From the NCBI GenBank assembly GCA_032161105.1, contig JAVHTD010000005.1: 64,000 nt of DNA. One strand, 5' to 3'. The number at the start of each line of letters is the position of its first letter. Position 1 is the stretch's first letter. This DNA is from Candidatus Thermosaccharophagus tengchongensis. Its GTDB lineage: Bacteria > Armatimonadota > Fervidibacteria > Fervidibacterales > Thermosaccharophagaceae. The notes under the pieces were generated by a model that made no database searches, was not told where the DNA came from, and saw only the letters and a list, made by a program, of their open reading frames with translations. The translations under genes and the position numbers were made by a program. This document shows positions 9,658-19,765 of the stretch, in pieces.

Positions 9658-11208
9658 TCACCTCCGAGATAGCCATACAGCTACCCCAGCCATTAACGCA
9701 AGCAAAGGCAGGATGATCACGCTCCACAAAAAGACGAAGAGTTGCTGCCTCGTTGTCGGTATGAAGGTATCCGGTGGCTCTTCCCTTGGCTTTATCTCTA
9801 TGAGCTCTTCCTCTTGGGCGAGCCAGTTGATCGTGTTGAGGAAGAAATCAGCGTTGTAAAACGCGGACACATATTGGTTGCTTGCGAAGTCGGAATCACC
9901 AATTAAGACGAGCCTCGTTTTCTTTTCGCCCTTTGCTGGTGACGATGGCGCTACAGCAAGAGCTATTGTGAACGGTCCACGCTCATCCTCTTTCGTTGGG
10001 GCAATGTTCTCTGTGAGTTCCTTCTTCAGCCATGCCTCGGATGTGGTCTTAAGTAACTCTGTCACTGTAAATCCCGTCGGGGCTTGTTCGCTCTTCTTCA
10101 GCGCGGTGCACTCAGCCAAAAGGAGTGCATTAGCCCTCGCCTTCATGAATGGGCGAGTTATGTCATGAAACTCAAAGTTGGCTATAAGGAGCACCCTCGG
10201 GTCTCTCGCCAGTGTGACTATGTCAAATACATAGCCGCCCCTCACCTCAACCCCATACTCCTCAAGTATCTCGTTCATGTGCTGGCTCTTTGGGTCAACC
10301 ATGATTAGCGCTTTTCCGCCTCCCTTCAAATAGCCCTTGATTGCCTCAACTTCCTCCGGCATGAGCGGCTTTTGTGGTCCGGCAACGATTAGCACATCGC
10401 AATCCTTTGGGACTTGCTGCTTGCGCATCAGCTCAAGCCCTTCAACCCTATACTCAAGCTTCTCAAGGAAATCTTTGAGCCTGCTATAGCCTTCGTCATC
10501 GTAGCTGCTATAGCTGTGCTCACCGTGCCCTTGAAGGAAGTAGACTTTTTTCTTCCTCTCACGCGTGAGCTTGAGTATGGCGCTCGTAAATTCTTGTTCG
10601 CTGCCGAAGGAGACGACTTCCCGTTTGCCCTCGCACTCAAATACGACGGTTGATGTTGATGTCACGCCATACTTCTCGGCGAGCAATGGGTTATCCCTTG
10701 GGTCCACAACAATTGCCCTCACATTTGGGGAGGCATCGTCGTAGCTTTTGAGCAGGTCTCTCATCCGCTCAAACTCAAATGAGTCACGCCTGTAAAAGCC
10801 CACAATCGTCACCTTCTTCTTCAACCCCTTGAGTATCTTGAGTGTCTGTGGCGATAGCGTGTGGCGCTTTGTCCTCGTCCAATCAAACCTTGCATGGTGC
10901 CTATCGCCAATCCAGTTTACCATGACCATGATCGCGGTCATGAGGAGCACACAAACGATGGCGTTTGTCCCCATCCGCCCCCTCCTCGTTACAAGGAACG
11001 AAAGTATCGCCTCGTAATTTGCAGCGATGGCGATGATGAGTGAGCATGCACCAATTACAGCCACAGCTATCCACAACCAGCTTAACTTCGCGTGCTTCCA
11101 CGCCATCTTCATCGTTATCCCGCTTATGAGCAGTGCGAGCCCAAATATGACCAATGTGAATGTCCATTGGCGCAGTTTGAGCCGTAATGACTCCATCATG
11201 AAGGGCAC
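9658..11208 (-). CDS. GldG-like ABC-transporter auxiliary protein
   Basis: Motifs DWTRTKRHTLS, VYFLQGHGE and LVLIGDSDF, with N- and C-terminal TM helices. Confidence 0.8.
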   Translation of the reverse strand: MPFMMESLRLKLRQWTFTLVIFGLALLISGITMKMAWKHAKLSWLWIAVAVIGACSLIIAIAANYEAILSFLVTRRGRMGTNAIVCVLLMTAIMVMVNWIGDRHHARFDWTRTKRHTLSPQTLKILKGLKKKVTIVGFYRRDSFEFERMRDLLKSYDDASPNVRAIVVDPRDNPLLAEKYGVTSTSTVVFECEGKREVVSFGSEQEFTSAILKLTRERKKKVYFLQGHGEHSYSSYDDEGYSRLKDFLEKLEYRVEGLELMRKQQVPKDCDVLIVAGPQKPLMPEEVEAIKGYLKGGGKALIMVDPKSQHMNEILEEYGVEVRGGYVFDIVTLARDPRVLLIANFEFHDITRPFMKARANALLLAECTALKKSEQAPTGFTVTELLKTTSEAWLKKELTENIAPTKEDERGPFTIALAVAPSSPAKGEKKTRLVLIGDSDFASNQYVSAFYNADFFLNTINWLAQEEELIEIKPREEPPDTFIPTTRQQLFVFLWSVIILPLLALMAGVAVWLSRR

Positions 11209-11288
11209 ACCCGTTCACCCCCGTCATGCGTGCTTGCTTCCGATGCCAATACCCTGTCACAAGCACAGTTTGAGCAATTGCAGCCCGT

Positions 11289-12086
11289 TCATCTCCAGAG
11301 ACGGCTTTCAACCGTCCTCACCGTGAAGTAGAGAGCCAAGAAGGTAAAGGTGATGTAAAAGACGATATGCTTGGTATCAACCAAGCCCTCGGCGAAGTCC
11401 TTGTAACGGTGATATAGGGATATGCGTTGGAAGAATTCGCTCCAACCGCTCAGCCCCTCCGCTGGCCAGCTTATGATGTAGAGCATCAGCAGTGTCCCGA
11501 ATGTGGCAACTGCAGCAATTATCTGGTTGTCAGTTGTTGCTGACCAAAATGTTCCGATGGAGAGCATGACAGCGCCATAAAGTAGCAGCCCAATGTATGC
11601 GCTCCAATATGGACCTAAATCTGGATTGGCAATGCGTTTGACTATGAGTGGCACATACAGGGTCAGCGAGAGCGTAATGCAGAGCACGATGAACGAGCCC
11701 ATGAACTTGCCGAGGACAGCCTGCCAGTCGCTGACTGGTGATGTGAGTAGCAATTCAAGCGTCCCGAGCCTCCTCTCTTCAGCGAATAGCCTCATCGTCA
11801 TCATCGGCACGATGAACATGAGTATGACGGCGACATCCCAGTAGAAGTAGCGCATGTCAGAGGTGCGCCCAACCATGAAGATGGCAAAAAATATGTAGCC
11901 GCATAGAACGAGGAAGAAGATGAGCATCGCATATGCTATCCACGATGTGAAGAATGCTTTAACCTCACGCCACGCTATTAGCCAAACAATGTAGAGCCAT
12001 GAGCAAAAGCAATGAAGCGCAGTTTTCAACCTTTGGCTTACGCCCGTTCTTGTTGCCGTAGCTGACTCTATAGCTGATGCACCCAC
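11289..12086 (-). CDS. ABC-2 type permease (GldF-like)
   Basis: Motif MTMRLFAEERRLGTLELLLTSPV and about six TM helices. Confidence 0.85.
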   Translation of the reverse strand: MGASAIESATATRTGVSQRLKTALHCFCSWLYIVWLIAWREVKAFFTSWIAYAMLIFFLVLCGYIFFAIFMVGRTSDMRYFYWDVAVILMFIVPMMTMRLFAEERRLGTLELLLTSPVSDWQAVLGKFMGSFIVLCITLSLTLYVPLIVKRIANPDLGPYWSAYIGLLLYGAVMLSIGTFWSATTDNQIIAAVATFGTLLMLYIISWPAEGLSGWSEFFQRISLYHRYKDFAEGLVDTKHIVFYITFTFLALYFTVRTVESRLWR

Positions 12087-12101
12087 ACCAATGCACCTCG
12101 C

Positions 12102-13043
12102 TTACACCTTCACTCCCTCTTCACGAGTGATGATGTTGAGGAAGATCTCCTCAAGCGTCATTTCATCTCGGCGCAGCTCAAGTAATCCCCACCCATGGTT
12201 AACCACATGTTCGGCAATCATCGGTCGTATGTCCGTTCCGGGGCGCGCTTCAACTGCCAACAGGTTGTTTTCGCCATGCACCCTCTCAACCCTCACGACG
12301 CTTGGCAAACGCTCAAGTGAGCTCACCGCATCATCCGGGATGCGCTGCAACCGCACAAGTATGCGTTCGCTCTTCCTCAATCTCCTTTCAAGCCCATCTG
12401 GTGTATCCTCAGCGACAATGCGCCCTCTGTGTATGATTAGAACCGTTTTGCATGTCATGCTCACTTCCGGAAGGATATGGGTTGAGAGGATGACAGTGTG
12501 GTCATTTCCCAGCTCCTTTATGAGTTGGCGCACCTCAATGACCTGTATTGGGTCAAGTCCGATGGTCGGCTCATCAAGTATGAGCACCGGCGGGTCATGC
12601 ACGAGCGCTTGCGCAATGCCGACGCGCTGCCTGTAACCCTTTGAGAGCGTTCCAATGATGTTATCAACGACCTCTTTCAAGCCGCATCTTTCAACGACAT
12701 AGTCAACTCGCTCCTTCCTTTTTCCTTTCGGGACGCGCCTTATCGCAGCCATATAATGGAGGTAGCTTCGGACGGTCATCTCGTTGTATAGTGGGACTGT
12801 CTCAGGCATATAGCCTATGAGCTGGCGCGATTCAATTGGGTTCTCAATGACATCGTATCCGCCCACCTTTACAGTCCCATCAGTTGGGCTCAAATAGCCG
12901 CAAATGATTCGCATTGTCGTTGTCTTGCCAGCACCATTTGGTCCGAGGAAGCCAACCACTTCGCCCCTCTTAACAGTGAATGAGACATCGTCGAGGGCTT
13001 TAAGCGTGCCGTAATACTTTGTCAGGTGGTGCACTTCTATCAC
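12102..13043 (-). CDS. ABC transporter ATP-binding protein (GldA-like)
   Basis: Walker A GPNGAGKTT, signature LSKGYRQR, Walker B LILDEPT and H-loop LSTH. Confidence 0.92.
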   Translation of the reverse strand: MIEVHHLTKYYGTLKALDDVSFTVKRGEVVGFLGPNGAGKTTTMRIICGYLSPTDGTVKVGGYDVIENPIESRQLIGYMPETVPLYNEMTVRSYLHYMAAIRRVPKGKRKERVDYVVERCGLKEVVDNIIGTLSKGYRQRVGIAQALVHDPPVLILDEPTIGLDPIQVIEVRQLIKELGNDHTVILSTHILPEVSMTCKTVLIIHRGRIVAEDTPDGLERRLRKSERILVRLQRIPDDAVSSLERLPSVVRVERVHGENNLLAVEARPGTDIRPMIAEHVVNHGWGLLELRRDEMTLEEIFLNIITREEGVKV

Positions 13044-13357
13044 TTCTCATCCCCTCGCAGCCATTCATTTATGCCATCCACAGCCTTCCTCATGTCGGTA
13101 TAATGCATCTGTCGGGCAGTGAAGGCATCTCATTAGACTCTTAAGATGCAGCTGGCTGTGTTTCTTGATCCAGCTAAAAATTGGCTGCGTTGCCGTTTTC
13201 ACAGCGCCCAAGCTTAGTAAGATGCGCCTTAATGAGTGAAGCTGACTTGCGATTCGCAAGTTGCAGAGTGAGGTTAAAGCATTGCTGAGCGAGCGCCAAC
13301 AACTTAGTTTAGCACTTGAATTTGCGGATGTAAAACCGAGCATTGGGGTGATTTGCC

Positions 13358-14188
13358 ATGCCATCATGGCAGCCATTCTTGGAAGCCAAGGATGGGCTTG
13401 ATGGCAGAGTTGTCATTGTTGGCATGCCCTGGGATGGCTCATCAAGCTTCCGAAGGGGCATGCGCCACGCCCCGGATGCCATACGGATGGCATCTCACAG
13501 CTTGGAAAGTTACAGCCACATTTTCCGGCTTGACTTGCGCGGTTTTGAGGTGGCAGACTTGGGCAATATGCTATTGCCACAATCCCATGAAGGGGTCATT
13601 GATGCGATCTCGTCGCTCATCTTCAAGCTCCATTCGCAGGGTAAGCGCACAGTCTGCATTGGCGGCGATCATTCAGTCACGGTCGGAATAGTTGACGGCT
13701 TGCTCAAAGCCTATAAGGAGTTGCGTGTCATCGTTTTTGATGCTCACTCCGATTGGCGTGACGAATATGACGGCTCAAGGCTGTCTCACGCATGCACGGT
13801 GCGCAGGTTGACCGAGCTTGTCGGCATTGACAATGTTCTCGTCTTCGGGGCTCGCTCATTCGTCGGTGATGAGCCGATGGGGCTTTATCGCGACATAAGC
13901 GAACTTCCGTGGTTGGTAACTCCCAATGTGCCAACCCATATTAGCATTGACTTAGATGTGCTTGACCCAAGCATCATCTCGGCGGTCAGCAACCCGGAGC
14001 CAAATGGGCTGCACTTTCATGAGCTTGTGGGCGCAATACAAAAGCTGCGCATCAGGGGTTGCTGTATTAACTCAGTTGATGTGGTTGAGCTATGTCCGCA
14101 ACTTGATTTCGGGACAAGCGCAATCGTAGCAGCGAGGCTCATCGTTGAGTGCATACTTGGATTGCTTTTGTCAACCCCGGTTGGTTGA
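13358..14188 (+). CDS. speB: Agmatinase / ureohydrolase
   Basis: Metal-binding motifs GGDHS, DAHSD and SIDLDVLDP, plus DVVEL. Confidence 0.8.
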   Translation: MPSWQPFLEAKDGLDGRVVIVGMPWDGSSSFRRGMRHAPDAIRMASHSLESYSHIFRLDLRGFEVADLGNMLLPQSHEGVIDAISSLIFKLHSQGKRTVCIGGDHSVTVGIVDGLLKAYKELRVIVFDAHSDWRDEYDGSRLSHACTVRRLTELVGIDNVLVFGARSFVGDEPMGLYRDISELPWLVTPNVPTHISIDLDVLDPSIISAVSNPEPNGLHFHELVGAIQKLRIRGCCINSVDVVELCPQLDFGTSAIVAARLIVECILGLLLSTPVG

Positions 14189-14231
14189 AGGCGGATTCCA
14201 AATTTCAAACGGCGCGGTTGAGGTGAGGCAT

Positions 14232-15638
14232 ATGGAGGTTGGGTTTGCATGCGCTGACATAACTCCGCCGCTCGGCTCAGTTATACCCGGCGGTTTCCAT
14301 CCGAGATTTGCGACAGGCGTTCACGACCCATTGCTTGCCACTGCCGCTGTCTTCAGTGAGGGCGATGTCAAACTCGCCATCGTATCCGTAGATGCGCTCT
14401 CAATCAAGTCGTCAATTGTAGCCATGGCAAGGAGCATAGCCGAAGAGCGCATTGGCATACCAAAGTCGCACATTTTGGTCGCAGCTACGCACACCCACAA
14501 TGGTGGTCCAATTGCCGACGCGTTTTTGTGCGAAGCTGACAAGGACTACTGTGACAGCGTCGCTAAAGCCATTGCGCAAGCCATCATTGAGGCTCATGAA
14601 CATAGGCGTCATGCGCTAATTGCATGCGGCTTTGGATATGAGGATACGGTCGCTTTCAATCGCAGGTGCGTGATGAAGGATGGCACTCAGAGGACTCACC
14701 CGGGCAAGTTAGCAAAGGATGCTGTTGCCATAGCCGGTCCGATAGACCCCCGCCTCGGGGTCATTGCAGCAGTTGCCGATGATGGTGCATTCCTTGGCTG
14801 CATCGTCAATTACGCGTGTCATGCGACGGTGATGTGGGGAAGCGAATTCTCGGCTGACTACATCCACTATGTCCGAGAGACGATAAGGGCAGTCATGGGA
14901 GAGCAAGCGCATGTGGTTTACCTAAACGGCGCATGCGGTGATGTGACGCAGGTCGCTCAGTTGATACCGCGTGAGCCCGAAGTTGGTGAGAAGTGGGCGA
15001 GGAGAGTAGGTGGTAAGATCGGCGCTGAAGCGCTCAAGGTCATCTTCGGGATGGACTTTGATGCTTACTCAACCGAGGTGCTCCCGCTCGCGGCATCGTC
15101 AAAGGTCCTAAGTTTGCCAACACGCAAGGTGCCACTGCAGATGCTTGAACAGGCAAAGCGATTGCTGGAAAGCAGCGACTCTTGGGACACTGAGCGAATT
15201 TATGCCCGTGAGCTTGTCCTGCTTGATGAAGCCAACAAGCGTGAGCCGATGGTTAATGCCGAAATCATGGCAATGCTGATAGCCGATACAGCCATCGTTT
15301 CATTCCCATGCGAATACTTCTGCCAGTTCGGGCTTGATGTGAGGAGGGCTTCACCGTATCCGAGCACTTTTATCGTTTCATGTGCCAATGGCATGGTTGG
15401 TTATGTCCCAACCGAAGAGGCATTTCGGACCGGTGGGTATGAACCGAGGCTGGCAAGGAGCAGCAAACTTATGCCAGACGCAGGCGCGCTAATGCGCGAG
15501 GCTGCAATTGAACTATTGCGGGCTTTGCCCAAGCCGGCATTAAGGAGGGCGACAAAATTGCCAAACACAAGTTATTGGGATGCCGGCAGTTCACCGCCAT
15601 CTTGTAGCGGCTTGGAGGTCAACCACGCTGGTGGTTAA
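14232..15638 (+). CDS. Neutral/alkaline ceramidase-like hydrolase
   Basis: Motifs ADITPP, HDPL, ATHTHNGG, NYACHAT, SADY and GYVPT. ATG 14232 follows SD GAGGTGA. Confidence 0.7.
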   Translation: MEVGFACADITPPLGSVIPGGFHPRFATGVHDPLLATAAVFSEGDVKLAIVSVDALSIKSSIVAMARSIAEERIGIPKSHILVAATHTHNGGPIADAFLCEADKDYCDSVAKAIAQAIIEAHEHRRHALIACGFGYEDTVAFNRRCVMKDGTQRTHPGKLAKDAVAIAGPIDPRLGVIAAVADDGAFLGCIVNYACHATVMWGSEFSADYIHYVRETIRAVMGEQAHVVYLNGACGDVTQVAQLIPREPEVGEKWARRVGGKIGAEALKVIFGMDFDAYSTEVLPLAASSKVLSLPTRKVPLQMLEQAKRLLESSDSWDTERIYARELVLLDEANKREPMVNAEIMAMLIADTAIVSFPCEYFCQFGLDVRRASPYPSTFIVSCANGMVGYVPTEEAFRTGGYEPRLARSSKLMPDAGALMREAAIELLRALPKPALRRATKLPNTSYWDAGSSPPSCSGLEVNHAGG

Positions 15639-15723
15639 ATGCCACAGCATCAAACTCGGTCGGCAATCCATAATGCCAACCTTCGGCACACCCCTGCGGA
15701 GCTAAATGAGGGGGGATTCTTCA

Positions 15724-16530
15724 ATGCCGCATTTGCTCGCAATTGATGTCGGAAACACGAACATCGTCTTCGGCTTGTTCAATCTGGACGAGCATGATGA
15801 CTCAAGGGAGGGGCTTAAGCGAAGCCTTGTTTGCTCGTGGAGAATACACACCATCACATCAAGGACGCCAGAGGAGCATTTCTCGTTCCTCACAAATATG
15901 CTCAACTGGCAAAGCGTTAGCCCAAACGATGTTATTGCCGTTTGCATCTGCAGTGTAGTTCCACCGCTTACCCCAACCCTTGAGGAAATGAGCAGGCGCT
16001 TCTTCAATGTTGCAGCGCTTGTCGTTGGCGCCGAGATGGACATGGGTGTGCGCATACTCTATGATGACCCGAAGGCTGTTGGCGCAGATAGGCTTGTTAA
16101 CGCTATCGCTGCATATGAGCTTTACGGAGGACCCTGCATCGTCGTTGACTTCGGGACTGCTACGACATTTGACGCGATAACCGCAGATGGCGCATACCTT
16201 GGTGGCGCAATTGCCCCCGGAATTACCATCTCCGCAGAGGCGCTATTTGAGCGCACTGCAAAGCTTCCGAGGATTCAACTTGAAGTCCCAAGCAGAGCTA
16301 TAGGGCGTTCAACTGTGGCAAGCATGCAGTCTGGCATCATATTCGGTTATGTGGGGCTCGTCAAGGAGTTGGTGGCGAGGTTTAAGGAGGAACTCGGCGA
16401 AGCGAAAGTTGTGGCAACCGGTGGTCTGGCAAGGATGATAGCGCCATTGGTTGATGTGATTGACGATGTTGAGGAGGACCTAACCCTCCTCGGATTGCGC
16501 ATAGCGTTTAAGCGCCTGAGAAAAATCTGA
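15724..16530 (+). CDS. coaX: Type III pantothenate kinase
   Basis: Motifs LAIDVGNT, VGADR, VVDFGTATTFD, GGAIAPG and ATGG. Confidence 0.93.
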   Translation: MPHLLAIDVGNTNIVFGLFNLDEHDDSREGLKRSLVCSWRIHTITSRTPEEHFSFLTNMLNWQSVSPNDVIAVCICSVVPPLTPTLEEMSRRFFNVAALVVGAEMDMGVRILYDDPKAVGADRLVNAIAAYELYGGPCIVVDFGTATTFDAITADGAYLGGAIAPGITISAEALFERTAKLPRIQLEVPSRAIGRSTVASMQSGIIFGYVGLVKELVARFKEELGEAKVVATGGLARMIAPLVDVIDDVEEDLTLLGLRIAFKRLRKI

Positions 16531-16578
16531 CAGGGCTAAATTGAGTCATTGGCTTATTGCAAGCTCTTGGCATCAACC

Positions 16579-16657
16579 GGGGTTGCGCATTTTGCGTCCT
16601 TTTGTGGGAGTGACCACAGTCCCACCAATGGGCATTCCCGTTCAAAAACGCAACTCC
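16579..16657. repeat. Imperfect ~80-nt inverted repeat between convergent genes (possible bidirectional terminator or REP-like element)
   Basis: GGGGTTGCG..TTTTG (16579-16594) pairs with CAAAA..CGCAACTCC (16643-16657). Inner GGGAGTG (16606-16612) pairs with CATTCCC (16633-16639). Confidence 0.45.
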
Positions 16658-16678
16658 TCGCATGTGCGGCACTATATG

Positions 16679-19510
16679 TCATTTCGTCAAGGAGAGCTCA
16701 TCAATTGTGAATGAGCAGCCGAGGTGGTTGCCGAGCAGACCGGCGAGAAGATACTCATCCGTCGTGAGGTTTCCTATGAGCACCTCGTTCAAGATGGCGT
16801 TCTGCGGTTTCATCCCGAGTGCTTCGCACAGGGAGCGCAAATCAACCTTGACATTGACGATGCCGTTTGCACCTCTGTTGACTTGCACGCCTGCTGTTTG
16901 TCCGGCGGTGACGATCTCATTGGGGTGTGGAAGCACTTGGCTCAACGGTATCATCACAGTGCGCCCGTTGATGCGAAGGTAAAGGTTAACAAGCGTTCCT
17001 TCGCCCATGCGCATGCTGAGCTCCAGCATTGGCGATTGCATCACATAGACATCGTTGACTGGCGCTCTGACCATCATTCTTCCTCCGGACATGCAGTTTA
17101 CGACCTCAACTTTACCATTCGGTGTCAGGCGGACTGCAGGCTGGCTCTCATCGTTGTGAATTGCTCTCCAACCGTTAGCTGAGGCGATTTCGCTCGGTGA
17201 TTCCTGTGGCAAGTTGGATGGTGGCATCGGTGCTGTTTCAAGCGACTTTATCCTCTCATACCAAATGCGGGTCCTCGCCACAAGCACACCGTTGTCAACC
17301 GTCCATATCGCAACCCTGCCCGAATTTATCGGTTGTGGATCACTCCAGTGCACTACAGGTTGCCTGTCAACATAGCATGTGATGTTGTTACCGAGTTTCA
17401 AAATGCGTATATAAAACCAGTGCCTGTGGAAGCCAGCAAAATTGAGCGTCGTAGCTTTCCTGAAAGCCACATCGGGGTTATATGCCACCCTTTCCCCTTT
17501 CCGCAAAAGCCCCGAGCCAGCGTTACCCCACCCAGCCAGCAGGAATGAATAGCCGCTGCCCACATTCCAACCATCGGCGCAAAATGAGACATTGATATCG
17601 CGGGGGTTCGGATACGGGTTGCCGCGCTCACGCATCTTGATTGCCGCAAATACCTCAATGACCATATTCCCCTCAAAGCTCGCCTTGCTCCAAAGCGTTG
17701 GGAAACGGTGCTGTGTCCCGCCAAACCACGCCCAGCCCGGAGAACATGGCCATCTTGCCGTCACTTGCCAGACGCCCCTTGTGGAGCGCCAGCGAGTCGG
17801 AGCTATTGAGAATGTGTCGTCAATGAGATTGGAGCACACAAGGTTACATCTTGCCCAGTCCGGTTCATAGCCATCCCTTCTATAGCTGATAAACTGGGCA
17901 AGTTTGATAGCGGGGTGCTCAGCAGTTGCGATCACCCTGCTGCCAAGCATTATGACCAATCTGTTTGCCATACGCTTAATGCGCACTGGCTCCTCGCTGA
18001 CGCTATCTGGGTTTAGCCTCGCACTCGTCAATGCTAACGAGCCATAGCTTACTGTCACAAGGATATCGTTCGTTCCACCGACCCTTAGTGGTGCATTGAT
18101 GCCGAATGGGATTGGCGATGGCAACCCAATGTGGAAGTTTGCTATTTGACGCGGTGATTCAACACGCCTGGTGACTTGCAAGGTTATGGGACGAGCGCCG
18201 GTCGCTTGCGGTGGGCAAAGGTGAAATGAGAAGCTACCCCTATTTCGCCCGCCGTTAGTCAACCAAAGCGTCAGTTCAAAGTCGCCAAAGAATATCCCCG
18301 GATGCCACCATAGGTTTGGGTCTTGAGGGTCACGCATGAGCGAGCCAGACAAAGTTGCCCACTCAGCCATCGTGTCCTCATATGTGTATTGCTCGGTTAT
18401 CTTCGTGTGCATGGCAGCAGATATAAGCTGCTGCAACGGAGCCACAATGACATCGTCAAAATAGGCTCTCCCATCGCCAGTCGCATACAGCCCAACTTGC
18501 CCCATGGGGAAGCCATTCAGGGTTGCACGAACGACTTCAATTCCATCCACCCAACCCCTCACGGTCGCATTGTCGGCGCTAATGCGCAGCTCATACCATT
18601 GGTCGTCTTCAAGCGGCAATGCCTGTTCGGCAAGCACAACTTCTTTACCGCTCCTCACACGCACAAGCCTGACAGAGCCTTTCGGGAAATAGCGCCAGTT
18701 GCCTTTCGGCTCCAGAGTGAGCATCCAGAAATCATCCAATCCCTTTGCGTAAGCTATTAATCCAGCGGTTGCGCGCCCTTGAACTTTAACCGATGCCTGC
18801 GCTGCGTAGCTGTGCCAGAACCAATATCCCGTTAATGCGAATGCTTTCGGCTGTTGCGGCGTTACAGTTGCGCGGAGCGCAAATGGGTTGGCGCTCAAAT
18901 TGGGGTTTGGCTGCGGGCTGTCAACGCCCTGCAATGACCACTGACCAGTCTTATCCCATGATGTGAGGTTATCATCGCCTTGAGTGAAATCGTCCGTGAA
19001 GAAGACCTGTTCCGTGGGTTGATATCGCAACTCCTCAACTGAGAGGTGGGGACACCCAAGGGCGTATTTCAAAGCCCCACCAGACGGTATGTTGATATCT
19101 GCCCTGAGCAGCACCTCGTCATTTGAGAGCAACCTGATGCCCTCTGGAGAGCGTATGAGGAGCAGCTTCCATCCGTTGCCATTCTGCAGCCCTTTACCGC
19201 GAGAGATCTCCCTTTTTTGTCCACGCCCATACCATGCAAGCTGTGTATCATTGCGCCCAACATGGATCATGTAAAACTCCTGTTGGTTACCCGATATGCT
19301 GAAAGTGCACAGCGTTGTGTGCACGCAGCTGGCATCAATTTGGCGCAGTGTCATAGCGAGGCAGAATGATGGGTCACTCGTCTGCTCAATCATCTCAAAC
19401 TTGAGCTGCGCTTTCGCCACACCAATAGGCACGGATGACACGGATAAAAATAGGCACATGACAAGCCACAAGCAACCCACACATATGGCAAACGAATCTC
19501 GCTCGTTCAT
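16679..19510 (-). CDS. Large secreted protein with lectin/concanavalin-like beta-sandwich domains, function unknown
   Basis: 943-aa ORF with a signal-peptide-like N-terminus and SD GGAGG. Trp-rich beta motifs such as WYELRI..GQVGLY..YFDDV and GRVAIW. Confidence 0.6.
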   Translation of the reverse strand: MNERDSFAICVGCLWLVMCLFLSVSSVPIGVAKAQLKFEMIEQTSDPSFCLAMTLRQIDASCVHTTLCTFSISGNQQEFYMIHVGRNDTQLAWYGRGQKREISRGKGLQNGNGWKLLLIRSPEGIRLLSNDEVLLRADINIPSGGALKYALGCPHLSVEELRYQPTEQVFFTDDFTQGDDNLTSWDKTGQWSLQGVDSPQPNPNLSANPFALRATVTPQQPKAFALTGYWFWHSYAAQASVKVQGRATAGLIAYAKGLDDFWMLTLEPKGNWRYFPKGSVRLVRVRSGKEVVLAEQALPLEDDQWYELRISADNATVRGWVDGIEVVRATLNGFPMGQVGLYATGDGRAYFDDVIVAPLQQLISAAMHTKITEQYTYEDTMAEWATLSGSLMRDPQDPNLWWHPGIFFGDFELTLWLTNGGRNRGSFSFHLCPPQATGARPITLQVTRRVESPRQIANFHIGLPSPIPFGINAPLRVGGTNDILVTVSYGSLALTSARLNPDSVSEEPVRIKRMANRLVIMLGSRVIATAEHPAIKLAQFISYRRDGYEPDWARCNLVCSNLIDDTFSIAPTRWRSTRGVWQVTARWPCSPGWAWFGGTQHRFPTLWSKASFEGNMVIEVFAAIKMRERGNPYPNPRDINVSFCADGWNVGSGYSFLLAGWGNAGSGLLRKGERVAYNPDVAFRKATTLNFAGFHRHWFYIRILKLGNNITCYVDRQPVVHWSDPQPINSGRVAIWTVDNGVLVARTRIWYERIKSLETAPMPPSNLPQESPSEIASANGWRAIHNDESQPAVRLTPNGKVEVVNCMSGGRMMVRAPVNDVYVMQSPMLELSMRMGEGTLVNLYLRINGRTVMIPLSQVLPHPNEIVTAGQTAGVQVNRGANGIVNVKVDLRSLCEALGMKPQNAILNEVLIGNLTTDEYLLAGLLGNHLGCSFTIDELSLTK

Positions 19511-19765
19511 TTCCCAGCTACCTCCGAGCGACTTCTCGCTTCATTGCCGAGTATACCACACCCTCAATGCCACTGCAATCACACTTTTAGACACGCAGCC
19601 GTTTCAATCGGTGGCGTTGTTTGGCTTTGCGGCGTTACAAATTTTGGTGGCGGGCACAGCAATGCATTGTGGCTCGTATAAGCTCTACAGCTCATCAGTT
19701 CACTCGCGCATTGCTTTCGTGCCCGCCATAGGGGGTCTCTTACAGGTGTCTTTTTCAAGCCGCTG

